Positions 24,170-36,639 of a stretch of DNA of 64,000 nucleotides are shown piece after piece (position 1 is the stretch's first letter; each line of letters opens with the position of its first letter). A program made the position numbers and the translations under genes. The DNA lies in NCBI RefSeq assembly GCF_039555335.1, contig NC_092647.1, positions 51,861,740-51,925,739 on the forward strand, in the 5' to 3' direction. Origin of the DNA: Amphiura filiformis. Its lineage: Eukaryota. The notes under the pieces are model-generated. The model searched no databases. It was given only the letters and a program-made list of their open reading frames with translations, and was not told the origin of the DNA.

Positions 24170-26720
24170 CTTTGATAGTTTCCATTCAGTATCTGAAGAG
24201 GAAGTTTTGAAGATTATTAAGTCTTCTCATATTACATCTTGCAAGTTGGACCCTCTGCCTGTTTCCATCACGAAGGAATGTATTGACGAGATGTTGCCTG
24301 GAATGACGGCAATTGTGAATCAGTCGTTACTATCTGGCTCTTTTCCATCAAGCCTGAAACATGCAATCGTCACTCCGCTTCTTAAGAAGCCCAAGCTTGA
24401 TGCTGATGAACTTGCAAACTACCGTCCGATATCTAACCTGACCTACTTAGGCAAGTTGATTGAGCGCGTCGCAATTTCTCAACTTCAGTCCTATCTGCAT
24501 GATAATGACCTCAACGCCTCCAAACAATCAGCGTATCGTGCACATCACATAACAGTACTGAGTCTGCATTGCTCCGTGTTCAGTCAGACATTCTTTGTGC
24601 ACTTGATAAAGGTAATGAGGCCATTCTTGTCCTCCTTGATTTTTTCGTCGGCTCTCGACACAATAGACCATCAGTTATTGCTTCAGAGATTAGCTGACAG
24701 ATATGGCGTGTCTGGTACTGCCCATATGTGGATTAAATCATATCTTGAGAATAGAAGACAATCTGTCGTCGTGAAAGATGCAGTTTCAACCAGTGTTTCT
24801 CTCAGCTGCGGAGTACCACAGGGATCGGTCGCTGGGCCGTTACTTTTCACCATGTACAGTGCCCCTATGCAAGATCTTATAACATCACATGGTGTGCATA
24901 CTATGGTGTACGCAGACGATACACAACTATATATGTGTTTCCACCCTGATGATCGAGCTCAGGCTATTGAAGTGATGGAAAACTGCATTGCGGATGTGAG
25001 ATCATGGGCAGTTGCAAATAAATTGGTCCTTAACGATGCCAAGACCGAACTCATCCATGTCACTTCCCACTACACGAACAGACCTGCGACAAAAATATCG
25101 CTTGTAATCGGGGATTCCGTGATCAATTCTTCAAGTGGTGCGCGCAATCTAGGCGCTGTAATGGATTCTCACTTTTGTATGAAAGAGCACATCGACAGCA
25201 TCTGTAAATCTGCCCTAGTTGCAATTCGTAGAATTGGTCAAATCAGATATTATCTTGACGAGGTCAACACAGCGAGATTAGTTCACGCATTTGTTACTTC
25301 AAGGATTGATTCCTGCAACTCTTTGTTATACGTCCTACCGGATAGCTATATCTCCAAGTTGCAGCGAGTTCAAAACACTGCAGCCCGGCTCGTCACTCAC
25401 ACCTCCAAGTATCAACACATCACTCCTATTCTTCAGGCACTTCACTGGCTCCCTGTACAACAGCGGATAATCTATAAGATTCTTCTCATGACCTTCAAGG
25501 CTCAAAATCAACTTTCTCCTCTGTACATCTCACAGTTCATCTCGCACTACAATCCTAGTCGCAAACTTCGTTCTTCTTCTAAATCACTTCTCTCAGTCAC
25601 ATGTCGTCCATCTACCAAGTATTATGGGGAAAGATCATTCGCGTTAGCTGCACCTTTTCTTTGGAACAACCTGCCACATAACATTCGTTCTGCTGACTCA
25701 CTGCACTCTTTCAAGCGACTTCTGAAGACGCATCTTTTCATTGTTTGATTCATCTGTGATTTTGTTGTTATATAATTTATTATGTTTCAATTTTGCTGAG
25801 GGTGATGTGCTAGAAACCTCTCCCCTCAGCAGGGTGTTGTGCCACCCCATTTTCGTGTTTTATTTATCGCCAGATAGTTATCGCTGTTTTTCGTCAAATA
25901 TATCTTGTAAAAATACTTCTGTGTTGTTCTTGCTGAGGGTGGCGTGCTGGTAACCTCTCCCCTCAGCAGGGTGCTGTGTCACCCCATATTGCGTTTTAAT
26001 AATCGGCATAATGTTGTTCTCGCCGCTGGTCTCGCCTACGCCTTAATTTTAATTGTATTATCATGTTTGTTCTCGCTGAGGGTGACGTGCTGGTAACCTC
26101 TCCCCTCAGCAGGGTGTTGTGCCACCCCATATTTCGCGTTTTATTTATTATGTTTCTAGCTGAGGGTGACGTGCTGGCAACCTCTCCCCTCAGCAGGGTG
26201 ATGTGCCACCATCATATTGCTGTTTTTCCAAGCTGAAATATTTCTCGCTTCTGTCTGATTTGATCTTATTCGCCATTTAATAATTATTATGTTTTTATAT
26301 TGATCATGTTGAACTTGGTTTTTGCTATAATGAGTATAATGGCCTGTAAATATAATATGGTCATTGTTTTATTGCTTACTGTATGTATATGCTGTGCTAC
26401 CATGCGTCTTTCACTTGGTTGGGACCCTTTGCTCGTTCTTATTTTCTCCTTTCCTTGTGAGGGATGCTTGGTGTAGCCTAATTAATCTTGTTATTGTAGA
26501 TTGTATTTTAAGGTGTATTATTTAAGGATTTTTGTACATTTATTTAGTTTTTACTTTTATGTATATGTGCTCTGTAAAGCGCATCGAGACTTCTGTATGA
26601 TGCGCTATATAAATCTCTTTTATTATTATTATTATTAATCCCAGCCCTAACCCTAACCAACCCCTATCCTGAACCCTAATGCTAAACCTTATTCCTAACC
26701 CTAAGCCTAACCTGAAATGC
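24170..26720 (+). mobile_element. 5'-truncated non-LTR retrotransposon (LINE) with a reverse-transcriptase ORF, 3' tandem repeats and a microsatellite tail
   Basis: ORF 24207-25748 has reverse-transcriptase motifs FSSALDTIDHQLL, GVPQGSVAGPLLF and YADDTQLY. The C-terminal QRVQNTAARLV...LHWLPV motif is typical of LINE ORF2. Four copies of an about 115-bp unit with hairpin gctgagggtgRcgtgctRgWaacctctcccctcagc at 25790-26230. (TTA)n plus degenerate (CCCTAA)n at 26620-26720. Confidence 0.85.
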
Positions 26721-27289
26721 CCAACTAACCCTTTTTAGACTAATGACCCTTCGAACTAATTGGCTGTTCCTGTGCATACTGACTGGAATATTGGAAGTGA
26801 GAGTTCCATGGCCCTGTCAAAATTGGTTGATCCATGATTTATTTTATCAAGCTTGTGAAAATGAAAGACCTGTAGGAAATACAAAAAGGTTGCATCAAAT
26901 CAGATTCAGGGTGTGATTTGTCTGGATTTTTCCAGATTTTCTGTGGCCAAAATTTACGCAATTTTGTTGATTTTCAGCCTGTTTTAGGGTATTTTTGCCC
27001 AATTTCACACTGTTTTTCTGGATTTTTTACTTTTTATCTGGATATTTCACAAGCTTTGACTCACATCCCTGCAGATTTTAAAATCAACTTCAACATTTTT
27101 TTTAATTTCTTCAACTTCATATTTTTTACTGCATGGCCCAAACAGCCCTATGCCCCAACCAGTGTAGGACATCATCGCCAATCAGGAAATATCTTGGAGT
27201 TTATATGGCTAGTTTAATTTTACTTAAAACTGCTCACAACCTTGTAATTGTGAATTGAATCAAAATACTGCTCACAACTTTTATTTCAG

Positions 27290-27427
27290 AGACAATCCTG
27301 TGACAATTCACAATGTATTTGCTGTGAGCCGTAGCATAGAGGAGGCTGGTTATAACCATTCTGTAGGCAATGATAAGCTGCTACTACACTGCTCAAAACC
27401 GGCTAACTTCCTTGGCATTCTCTCAAG
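27290..27427 (+). CDS. PARP4: PARP4-like exon 10, start of PARP catalytic domain with the H of the H-Y-E triad
   Basis: Acceptor CAG at 27287-27289, donor GTAATA at 27428. (E)DNPVTIHNVFAVSRSIEEAGYNHSVGNDKLLLHCSKPANFLGILS(R) aligns to human LQIFRVGRVNETTEFLSKLGNVRPLLHGSPVQNIVGILCR. Confidence 0.9.
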
Positions 27428-27723
27428 GTAATATGTGCCCATCCACCATAAACTGGTCGTAAAGTCAGCATTTTCCATTTTGAGATACAATCAAAAACAG
27501 TAAATGGATTTCTATGTAAAATATATTAGGAATTTGGCCTTTAATGAACCATAACTTCACTTCCAGCTGGTTGAGGTATCATTTTAAAGCTGAAAGTGCA
27601 TTCTTTCAAAATCTGCAATAACCAGAAAATCTAGACTTTACTACCACTTCGTGGTGGATGGTCACATATTTTGTTTGTGTTATTCCGCTGGGGTTGGGGG
27701 TTATGATTCACTATGTGAGTCAT

Positions 27724-28356
27724 CCCAGCAAACACAAAAACGTTTTTAAAACATTTTTAATAAGTTATATTTTGGCTTTTGGTTTACATAAAAACATTTT
27801 AATAACATTAAAATGTCGGGTTATATAAAGGTCATGAAAACATTTTAAAACGTTTTGTTTGAAAACACACTACAACAATATTTTTCAAATGTTTTCAAAA
27901 ATGTTATTGTAAACTATTTTTGCAAAAGTTTTTTGCCAAATATTTTGTCAACACTTAAATAACATTATGTTATAATATTTGCACCCCGCAAACACAGAAA
28001 TGTTCTTAAAATGTTTTTTTCAAAACGTTTTAATAACATTTAAATGTCGAGTTATATAAAGGTCATGAAAACGTTTTTAAAACGTTATTGAAAATATTTT
28101 GGGCAAACATTTTTCACAAAATATTTTTTCAACCCCAAAATAACATTCTGTTTAGAATGTTTTGTATCAAGTTTTCAAAAATGTTTTTGGAATGTTATTA
28201 AAACATTTTTATACCCTTTATATAACCCGACATTTAAACGTTTTCTGTAAAACATTAATGTTTGCTGAGCAGTAGATTATCAAAATAATGATGTTTTCTG
28301 ACAACCTTTTATAACCTTTTGCGAATGATGTCAAAAACGTTTTGTGTTTGCTGGGA
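27724..28356 (+). mobile_element. Composite MITE, family 'CCCAGCAAACAC', copy 2, in a PARP4 intron
   Basis: About 90% identical to 3957-4653 over its full length, with the same terminal inverted repeats. Confidence 0.8.
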
Positions 28357-28432
28357 TAGCACTGACATGACTGAGGAGGCTGGTTATAAGCATTCTGTAC
28401 CCTTCAACACTTCAACAATCATTCCACTGCCA

Positions 28433-28680
28433 TTAGGATATATTAGATTCATTTCCGCTTCCACAAGTCTGCAACTGATGCGCAGGTACTCTCAGCAGAC
28501 TTAGATTGTGATTACCCCCAGCAGCTCCCCATTTAAACCTTGGTGGAATGAAGCAATTGGGAATTAAGACGTCTTGCCCAAGAACGCAACACACTGGCCG
28601 TGGTGGGGCTCGAACCTGCAACCTTTCGATTATGAAGCTTGCACCCTAACCAATAGGCCATCGTGCTCCCTGCAGCTATT
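28433..28680 (-). mobile_element. tRNA-derived SINE with a Deu-domain-like core, full-length with head
   Basis: The reverse complement gives an A-box-like TGGCCTATTGG and a B-box GGTTCGAGCCC about 35 nt apart. These are followed by a body matching 11478-11645. Confidence 0.65.
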
Positions 28681-29025
28681 TACCAGACCAGCTATTTACC
28701 TTGGCATGGTCATTCACAAGGAGATGGCCCCATGCAGATTGCAAGACTATCATGGTTTAGAAGCAATTTTTTTTTACAAAATGGAAACTATTTTGATTTC
28801 AAAATGCTTTTTTGAAAGATATTTGCTTAGGGCAGGGACAGCTAACCCCTAGAGTTGGTATTTGGTAACCCATGTCATGCCACACAGGACCAAACTCTAG
28901 GAGAATTTTTAAAAAAAATCATATTCAAGGGGGTTAAAAATAAGCCACCTGGTACTCATTCAGTACAGGCTAATAAACCATGATCATCAGCAGCTTAAAT
29001 CACAGATTTCAATTTTTCTTTCCAG

Positions 29026-29124
29026 AGGTTTACTCCTTCCTAAAATCGTTGTCAGTGAGCTTGGCATTATGCGTCGTGATGCTGGATTACTGGGAAGTGG
29101 CTTGTACTTTGGTGATAGATTGAG
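29026..29124 (+). CDS. PARP4: PARP4-like exon 11, catalytic domain with the Y of the H-Y-E triad
   Basis: Acceptor CAG at 29023-29025, donor GTAAGA at 29125. (R)GLLLPKIVVSELGIMRRDAGLLGSGLYFGDRL(S) aligns to human RGLLLPKVVEDRGVQRTDVGNLGSGIYFSDSLS. Confidence 0.9.
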
Positions 29125-29589
29125 GTAAGAAATTCTACTCAATTTGTTCCCATATCATAATATGCTGATGGTTTCAGCAGTTTTGTAAGTTTGCGCCCTC
29201 TAAATTTTGCCAAGTGTAACTGCTGTTCACAAATGTGAACCTCCTATCCCTAGTAATTTGTAATTTGCTATGATGAACCCAAACAATATATTTCACTATA
29301 TTATTTTAGTGGTTCTTAAAGCCATAATGTGTGATTTGCTTCACAGCGACACCCTCAATTTGACTCGGATTTCTACTTTTTGCATAATTATAATGCCCAG
29401 TGGTATACTAAAATACCACTTAAAAGACTAAGCCTGAAACGCTTTAATAACAGTAAAATTTAACTTTTTGTATTAAAATCGGGTTGACCCGGTTTTATTC
29501 AGAGTTCAGCGATCGAGTACTTGCTAACATGTACCGTGGATGTCAGCTTGAATGTACACATGTCGAGCGCGATACTCCGTGCAGTTACA

Positions 29590-29905
29590 TCCCAGGGGGG
29601 TCACTCCCATTGTGGCCTGTACACCATCCGCGATAATCAACTTTTGAAAAGCACCCTTAACAAGGATTTAACCCTTGGCTAAAACAATACCCTAAACAGG
29701 GATTTTATTCCTTGCATCAAATTTCATACCCTAAATTTCATTTCGTATTAGCAATTGCAATTTTGCTACCCTTTTTCCAATATTTCATGTTTTTGACACC
29801 CTAAACGCGTTACTGGCGATCGTGCTTACCCACGAAAAACTACCCGTTTTACGCGTTTTCATTCGCGCCGATCGTGTACAGGCCACAATGGGAGTGACCC
29901 CCCCG
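29590..29905. repeat. Inverted repeat with about 34-bp arms separated by about 245 bp
   Basis: ccaggggggtcactcccattgtggcctgtacac pairs with gtgtacaggccacaatgggagtgacccccccggg. Confidence 0.7.
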
Positions 29906-30074
29906 GGAGTTACATGTAATACAATCGGCGAGCGTAGTACACACATCATTTGTTTGGCTCGAAATTAAAAGGGGATAAAGTGATCAGTGAAAACAAACAT
30001 TTAAATAAGAATCTATTCTTTATGCAAATCACACATTATTGCTTTAATTCTATGTTTTTCTATTGACCCCATAG

Positions 30075-30258
30075 CACAGCTAGCCTGTATTCCTCCCCAA
30101 GTGAATTGACTGGTACCAGATTGATGGTTGTTACTAAAGTTGCCCTGGGTAACATCAAGGAGATCTTTGAACATGATATGACTATCGAGACACCACCTGC
30201 AGGATATAACAGCACACATGGAGTTGCAGATGGTGATGGGGTTCAGTCACAATTCACA
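30075..30258 (+). CDS. PARP4: PARP4-like exon 12, catalytic domain
   Basis: Acceptor AG at 30073-30074, donor GTAAGT at 30259. (S)TASLYSSPSELTGTRLMVVTKVALGNIKEIFEHDMTIETPPAGYNSTHGVADGDGVQSQFT aligns to human TSIKYSHPGETDGTRLLLICDVALGKCMDLHEKDFSLTEAPPGYDSVHGVSQTASVTTDF. Confidence 0.9.
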
Positions 30259-31222
30259 GTAAGTAATTTTGTGTAAGTGAAGCTTCACCAAATGTGTTGC
30301 TAAGTTGCCTGGATTACATCAAAAGCAAGGAGATTTTTGAGCATGATTCTACTATCGATTATACAAGGGTTCATGGTCAGAGGTATATTCCAGAGGGCCC
30401 TTCCACAAATGAGGTATTTTAGTGCCCTAGGTGGAAGGAGTTCTGTGAGCATGATACTACTATTGAGGCACTTCCTGAAGGATATAACCACAGACTGTCT
30501 CTCTTTACAGTCTGTGGTGTAACATTGCATATGAAATAGCAAGAGTGGATGGTGGTATTTTATGGGGGTCCTTTACCGAATGAGGTATTTACTTGCCCTG
30601 GATAGCATGAAGGAGATGTTTCAGAATGATATGGGTATTGCTGCACCTCCGAAGGTTTTAAACAGCACACATGGTGATGGGAGAGGGGTGCATTCAGATT
30701 GAAAACAGGTGGTATGTCCAAGGGGGGTCTTTACCAAGTTAAGTTCTACACTGTCGCCTTAAAATGATTAATTATATGCATCCGCACAATAATTTACAGT
30801 TTTCAGGTGATGATCAGAGATGCCACTTTTCAGGTTGTAACCTGAATTCAGGTTTTTTGTGAGTCCAAAGTCCCACCTTTTTATTTATTTTCGGGCCCCT
30901 TTGGGGCTTTTTGGCCTGCATTTTTAGGTTTTACTCACCAATTGTTTGAGTGAAACTGCATGAGTGGCATCTTGGGATAACAGCATTTAGATAAAAATGA
31001 TCTTTTCAGTTTAAGGGCCCTGTTTTAACACACTTTTAGCATGATAAAGTGTAAATTAGTTATATTACATCAAAATCATCTTGGCATATACATTCATATA
31101 TAAAATACAGTACTATTATACAATATAAACAAAATAACATTAGAGTTGTAATAACTGTGCCCCCATTGTAACTTTGAGGTGTACTGTATAACACAGGTAC
31201 CAAACTTTTTATCGTACTATAG

Positions 31223-31382
31223 GAAGATGAGTTTGTGGTGTATTCTGCAGACCAGCAATGCATCCAGTATGTGGTAGAGTTTACATTTCCTGAGGACACA
31301 GTGGAGTCATTTCAACGTCAGGTGTCTGTTGAAGAGACGGATTCATATCATCAAAGTATTGAGAAGCCAATAAGCAAGATAG
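31223..31382 (+). CDS. PARP4: PARP4-like exon 13, end of catalytic domain with the E of the H-Y-E triad
   Basis: Acceptor AG at 31221-31222, donor AG|GTGAGT at 31383. EDEFVVYSADQQCIQYVVEFTFPEDTVESFQRQ... aligns to human EDDEFVVYKTNQVKMKYIIKFSMPGDQIKDF. Confidence 0.9.
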
Positions 31383-31479
31383 GTGAGTGTGAACCTTCTA
31401 TGTCTGCTGATTATTAATTCATAACCTCAAATTTATAGGGGTTTGAGGTGATATTTCTTAAACTTCGTCAGCAACTGGC

Positions 31480-31990
31480 ATTCATCACAGCTGAAATACA
31501 TTTAAGTTTTTGAACAGGGGAGGAGCTTAAAAATAGGGCTCTTAAAAGCTGTATGCACTCAGAAAATTTGAATGGTCCCCTGGGAAATGTTATAAGGCAT
31601 TGGAAACAAAATGCTTGGTCGATCCTTATTATTTATGACAACAGTTAATTAACTATTGCTAATTGTTATAGCTTATGAATATTTGCCTGTATTGATATTG
31701 ACCACTATAAATTTAGCATTAATTTTGATTAATTAGGTGTTAGTTCATTAATAACGAGCATCGACGGTCGATCCAAAGATCGAACCAATTTGTTTCTGGT
31801 GCCTAAACTTACCGTACAAAAACAACTGTGCAGATTCCTGGTTGTCCAATGAACTCACACTGTTTCTTTATGTACAGTAAGTTTATAACATTTGGCCCCA
31901 GGGAACCATTCAAATTTTCTGAGTGCATACCTCTTGCACTTTATAGAGCCATATTTTTTAAAGCTCCTCCTACTTTCAAAACTGGTAGAT
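31480..31990. mobile_element. Composite foldback element with about 110-bp inverted arms flanking the repeat copy at 31604-31803
   Basis: The arm at 31480-31600 is reverse-complemented at 31870-31990 (ttataacatttggccccagggaaccattcaaattttctgagtgcata...). Confidence 0.65.
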
Positions 31991-32414
31991 CACAGATGCA
32001 TTTGAGTTCTGACGAACACTTATTGGTATTTAGGTTCAATAAAGTTGCCTCCAACCTCAATAAATTTGATAATATCAGAATAATGTTGCTCAAATTCAGA
32101 AATTTTACCCCCACAAAATTCAAATTCAGTCTCCTTAAATCCCCCATTTTAGGCTAATTTACTACATTATGAGCGCCATAATATAAACTAATGGAAAGCA
32201 CATTTTCTGCCAAACAATTATTTTGCACCATAACCTGACACACCCCAATTAATATTTACCCCGTGTCGTTTATGTAGACCTCTACCAGACCAGTCTTGGA
32301 ATTTTGCGAAAAAGTATTCCATATTAAATGTCAAGTCTGACGTAGGTGGTGTAAAGTTATTATTGTCTAAGTACTAGTTCATGCTTTGTTTTCGCCATTT
32401 TTTTACTATTCAAG

Positions 32415-32554
32415 ATGTATCCGATGTGCAATGTGCATTCAATCCTGCCGCTAATGTCCAGTCTGGTTTGATAGCTGCTAGGGATGACAACCATCCTACA
32501 GTGGAGTTACAAGCTGTTCATGTTAGAGCACAGATTCAGGATTTAGCTTCACAA
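32415..32554 (+). CDS. PARP4: PARP4-like exon 14, linker before VIT
   Basis: Acceptor AG at 32413-32414, donor GTAAGT at 32555. (D)VSDVQCAFNPAANVQSGLIAARDDNHPTVELQAVHVRAQIQDLASQ aligns to human DASGNLVPLEDVHIKGRIIDTVAQ. Confidence 0.85.
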
Positions 32555-33611
32555 GTAAGTAGGCAAGATTAGGAATCCACAAATATTAAAGTTGGTGTGC
32601 CAAAACTAATTGGAATTTGTTTCATTCATCTCATCAAAGGACATGGTCAAATTGGTCATCTGAATAATATGTGTTCTAGGAGAAAACTGATTTATGGGTA
32701 TGCCTGAGTGCTATATGTGTCTCATTTCACATAATAGCTAGGAATAAATACCAGACTCATCTCAAGTGGAGGTTACTTCCAAGTCACATAGTTAAAGAAT
32801 GTTCTCTGTATTCCTTAACCATGTGACTTGGGGATAATTTGAAGCGACCTCCACTTGAGATGAGTCTGGCATTTATTCCTAGTTAGTATGTGAAATGAGG
32901 CACATGTAGCAGCTGACAAGTGCATTGTTTTGATATGGATTGTACACATATGATAGAATATCAGTACATGTGCCCTTGTCTCTCGCAGAAGAGTATAGTA
33001 GGATGTGTCTCTAGCCACAGATGCAGTGAATTCCTGTAATGTGTGCAGAGGCGTGTGGGTCTATGGCTGTGCATAACAAATTAAAATCACTGGCCTTCTT
33101 TTTGTTAAATTATTTCTCTCTTTTCTTACGTATTTTATAATGGTGGCAATTTGAACCATTTTGGTGTGACACTCTGTGTAAATTGCCAACATTGCAAGTC
33201 TGCATAAGATATGTACATTATTTTGTATCTGTACCTATCTGTACAAATCTCTGGTCATCCTATCAGAAAAAGGACTGGTCAATATAGGTCTGTGGATCAG
33301 AAGTTGCCAAAAATTGACACTAGCTATGAACTCAATCGAACAAACCACAGTCGCTAGGAAGGACTGAATCAATATGTCTTTTGATTGCTGTGACTGCAAT
33401 AGCACAGGCTCTGTGGTGAACTCTGATACCTATGATGATCCAAGATATCCTCGCTACGCTCAGTGCTCGCTTCGCTCGCTCTTCGAGAGGTGCCGCGGTT
33501 TGTGCTTGCTTCACTCGCTATCGACAGGCTATACTATGACTGCAAGTATGATATGGGCATTTCTATACTATTTCTGCCTTTATGATGTGGATTTGTTTGT
33601 TTTCTTACCAG

Positions 33612-33830
33612 GTAATAGTATTTCAATCATACAAGAATCATAGTAACACCACTATAGAAGCTAAGTATGTGTTTCCACTTGATGATGAAGCAGCGGTGTG
33701 TGGCTTTGAAGCATACATCAATGACAAACATGTCATTGGTGTCGTCAAGGAGAAAGAAGAAGCTAAGCGTGAATACAGACAAGCCATTGCAGAAGGACAT
33801 GGGGCTTACCTCATGGATGAGGAATCTCCA
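33612..33830 (+). CDS. PARP4: PARP4-like exon 15, VIT domain
   Basis: Acceptor CAG at 33609-33611, donor GTAAGT at 33831. VIVFQSYKNHSNTTIEAKYVFPLDDEAAVCGFEAYINDKHVIGVVKEKEEAKREYRQAIAEGHGAYLMDEESP is near-identical to human VIVFQTYTNKSHVPIEAKYIFPLDDKAAVCGFEAFINGKHIVGEIKEKEEAQQEYLEAVTQGHGAYLM. Confidence 0.95.
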
Positions 33831-34364
33831 GTAAGTATGATAAAAATGATTACCCTGTGAGTACTCCCTGTGAGTACTACCTGCTGATTGGTTACAAGAA
33901 CACTATTGGGATTTATTAAGCCAATCAGCTAGTGACATGGTAAGAATTGGGGTAGGACTGAAGAGGCTTAACCCCATGCGCACTACCTGCTGATTGGTTG
34001 CAAGAACACTTTTAGGATTTATTCAACCAATCAGTAACATGGGAAGAATGGTGGTGGTAGACTAAAGAGGTTTGAGCTTTACTTTTTAGAAGCTATATTG
34101 TAATTGGTCACTCAGAACTGCCCTGGGCATGCTGGGTGCAGTCCTAGTGCGGAATCAACCAATTCAGCACCCCAAATATGGTGTGTGGTTTGTGTGTATT
34201 TCAACATAAAGAGTCATTTGAAAGACCATTTTAATTGAACTTGATTATAACCAAATTAGTGGTATTAGTGCAAATTTTTGCTATTGTGTCAGGAATTTGG
34301 GGGAGCCATTTTATATCCTTGCCCCTGGGCACCTCAACCCCTTGCTAGGCTGTTATACACTCTT

Positions 34365-34505
34365 AAAACAATGTGGTCAAAATTGACCACATAGTAGTCA
34401 ACTATGCACCTTACCCTTAAATTGTGGTCAAAATTTAACCACAATAATGGTCAAAATTTGACTACAATTTAGGGGTAAGGTGCATAGGAACATGTTGTTT
34501 TAAGT
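34365..34505. mobile_element. Small foldback/MITE about 115 bp upstream of exon 16
   Basis: cttaaaacaatgtggtc...gcaccttacccttaaattgtgg pairs with ctacaatttaggggtaaggtgcataggaacatgttgttttaag. Confidence 0.6.
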
Positions 34506-34620
34506 GTGTACATGAGATGAAGTTGGGTCATCCTCCTGTATGCTATATAAAAGGGTAAATTGAATCTCTTATGGAATGCTTTGTTTGCTTATTTTACATT
34601 TTTTCTTCATTTTTCCGCAG

Positions 34621-34832
34621 AATGTGTTCTCAGTGAGTGTTGGAAATCTACCGCCAAATGCCAACGTACTCATCAAAATCACATATGTCACAGAATTGGC
34701 TGTAGAGGGTGGCAGGCTAGCGTTCACTCTTTTAGGAAGTGTTGCACCATGGAAACGGAAGCAAATCCAAGCTAAAGATAATGCAGATAGTGATGCAGCA
34801 GGTGTCCATGTTGATGCCAGCACACACACAAG
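34621..34832 (+). CDS. PARP4: PARP4-like exon 16, VIT domain
   Basis: Acceptor CAG at 34618-34620, donor GTACAT at 34833. NVFSVSVGNLPPNANVLIKITYVTELAVEGGRLAFTLLGSVAPWKRKQ... aligns to human DVFTVSVGNLPPKAKVLIKITYITELSILG...ATVAPWQQ. Confidence 0.95.
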
Positions 34833-35254
34833 GTACATTATTGAAAACATTTTATATGCAATAAACACAATGCTCTATCTGCTGCCTTGTGGTCTTTAAC
34901 ATGGACTGCTAAAAACATGAAGACTTCATGTGCAAAACATGATAGGCTATAATGGCTATTCCAGTTTAAATCCATACAACCCCTGTGGAAGACAATGACT
35001 TTAATCTTCCACACTAGGAGTGTGAATTTCTAATCGGGTTACCTAAACATGCTAAATTGGGCGACTACATTTGAAATTTACACCCCCTGTGTGGGAGATT
35101 AAGGTCATGTCTTCTTTATCAATATTGTTATTGATAGATTAACAGTTATTTGCTCAGATTAGTATTACAAAATTATACTGCATAAAAGCAAAATGAATAA
35201 AACAACATCAGACCACATTCATGAACATTTCAATGTTGTATGGATTACTTCCAG

Positions 35255-35336
35255 GGAGGAATCTCTTCAGGTCTCATTACACATGGCCAGTGATATCCGC
35301 AGTGTTGAATCACCCACTCATTGTATCAAAACAAAG
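35255..35336 (+). CDS. PARP4: PARP4-like exon 17
   Basis: Acceptor CAG at 35252-35254, donor GTACGG at 35337. (R)EESLQVSLHMASDIRSVESPTHCIKTK aligns to human KQSFSLTMSIEMPYVIEFIFSDTHELKQK. Confidence 0.8.
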
Positions 35337-35732
35337 GTACGGTTAATCACATAAACTTAATATATTTTTTTTATTAAAACTGTCTCGAATGAGAGCTAGA
35401 CTTATCCCCCCCCAGTTTACCCCATCAAAATGCAGATTTATTTCTCATACCATCACTCAGTGATTTATCCCACTACCCTTTTCATGAGAATGGCATATTT
35501 TACCCCTAAATGTGTCACAAATTAGTAACATGCCTGATCATAAAACCTTTTACACATTTTTTAGTTATTATGTATATATCACCCCTCTCGATCCTGCCCA
35601 ATACCTCGATTTCCACTTGTTTTTGTCTTTATTCACTTGAAAAAAGTATATGATGTAGATATATCCTTATCTCTGTGTTTTGTTTTGTTACCCATTTTAA
35701 CATTATTCTCCATTCTAATTATATGATTTTAG

Positions 35733-35867
35733 TATCAAAACAGCCAAGGTTGTGTGAAGCTATCAGGGGGTGCAGGACTTGGTGACAGTTTCCAACTTTT
35801 CATTGGATTAGCAGAGATTCATTCACCAAGACTATGGCTTGAAACTAATCCAGAACGGAATCAACAG
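35733..35867 (+). CDS. PARP4: PARP4-like exon 18
   Basis: Acceptor AG at 35731-35732, donor GTGAGT at 35868. YQNSQGCVKLSGGAGLGDSFQLFIGLAEIHSPRLWLETNPERNQQ aligns to human TDCKAVISTMEGSSLDSSGFSLHIGLSAAYLPRMWVEKHPEKESE. Confidence 0.85.
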
Positions 35868-36639
35868 GTGAGTGTGCCTTATTATTGGTTAGGTTTTACT
35901 CAAGTTGACCCTTGACATAAAATCATGATGTTTATATTTTTATTGGAGGTGGGCAAAGTGAATTTCAAGGGGGAGCAAAATAAACAAATTTTGCACAAAA
36001 TTGATGCAGAAATTTTTGTAATTTTGGTGTTTTTTTAAGGTGTATCTGGTTTTTAAAAAAAATTTTGGCAACTAAAATATAAACCCAGTCTAACTAATAG
36101 ATTGGTATAGCTTTGGCGATAGTAAAGAAATCACTTATGAAAACAAAATTGTTTATCACGAGCCCACAACAAAATATTTTTCAATTGGAGAAATACAACA
36201 ATTTGTTTACAAGCACAATTACTGTAACCTTGAATATGATGCAGTAGCTAGTCCAAATAAGGACTGGCCTAAATACGGACTGCCCTAATTTAGACATACC
36301 ACCCGGGCATACCACACATAATATTTAAAAAAAATCAAATTCAATGTGCCAAGTTTTTATTGTTATCATCATAGAGGAATGCATGTTTCACACATTAAAT
36401 ATGCAATTCCAAGTATTTTGTTTATTTATACACTGTTCTTACTGTTTTTTATCATCAGAGTAAACACTTTTCTACCATGTATCTATCTATTATTTTGCTC
36501 TCTTTTCTGTTGAAAGATAATGAAAAGCGATGTAAAAAAGTGGGCTCATCATCGAGATGATGATGGATAAAAAGAATAATCCCATATTACACAATTTGGT
36601 ACTTTTTTCTATTCATTATAAGGTAAAGGTAAAGGTAAA

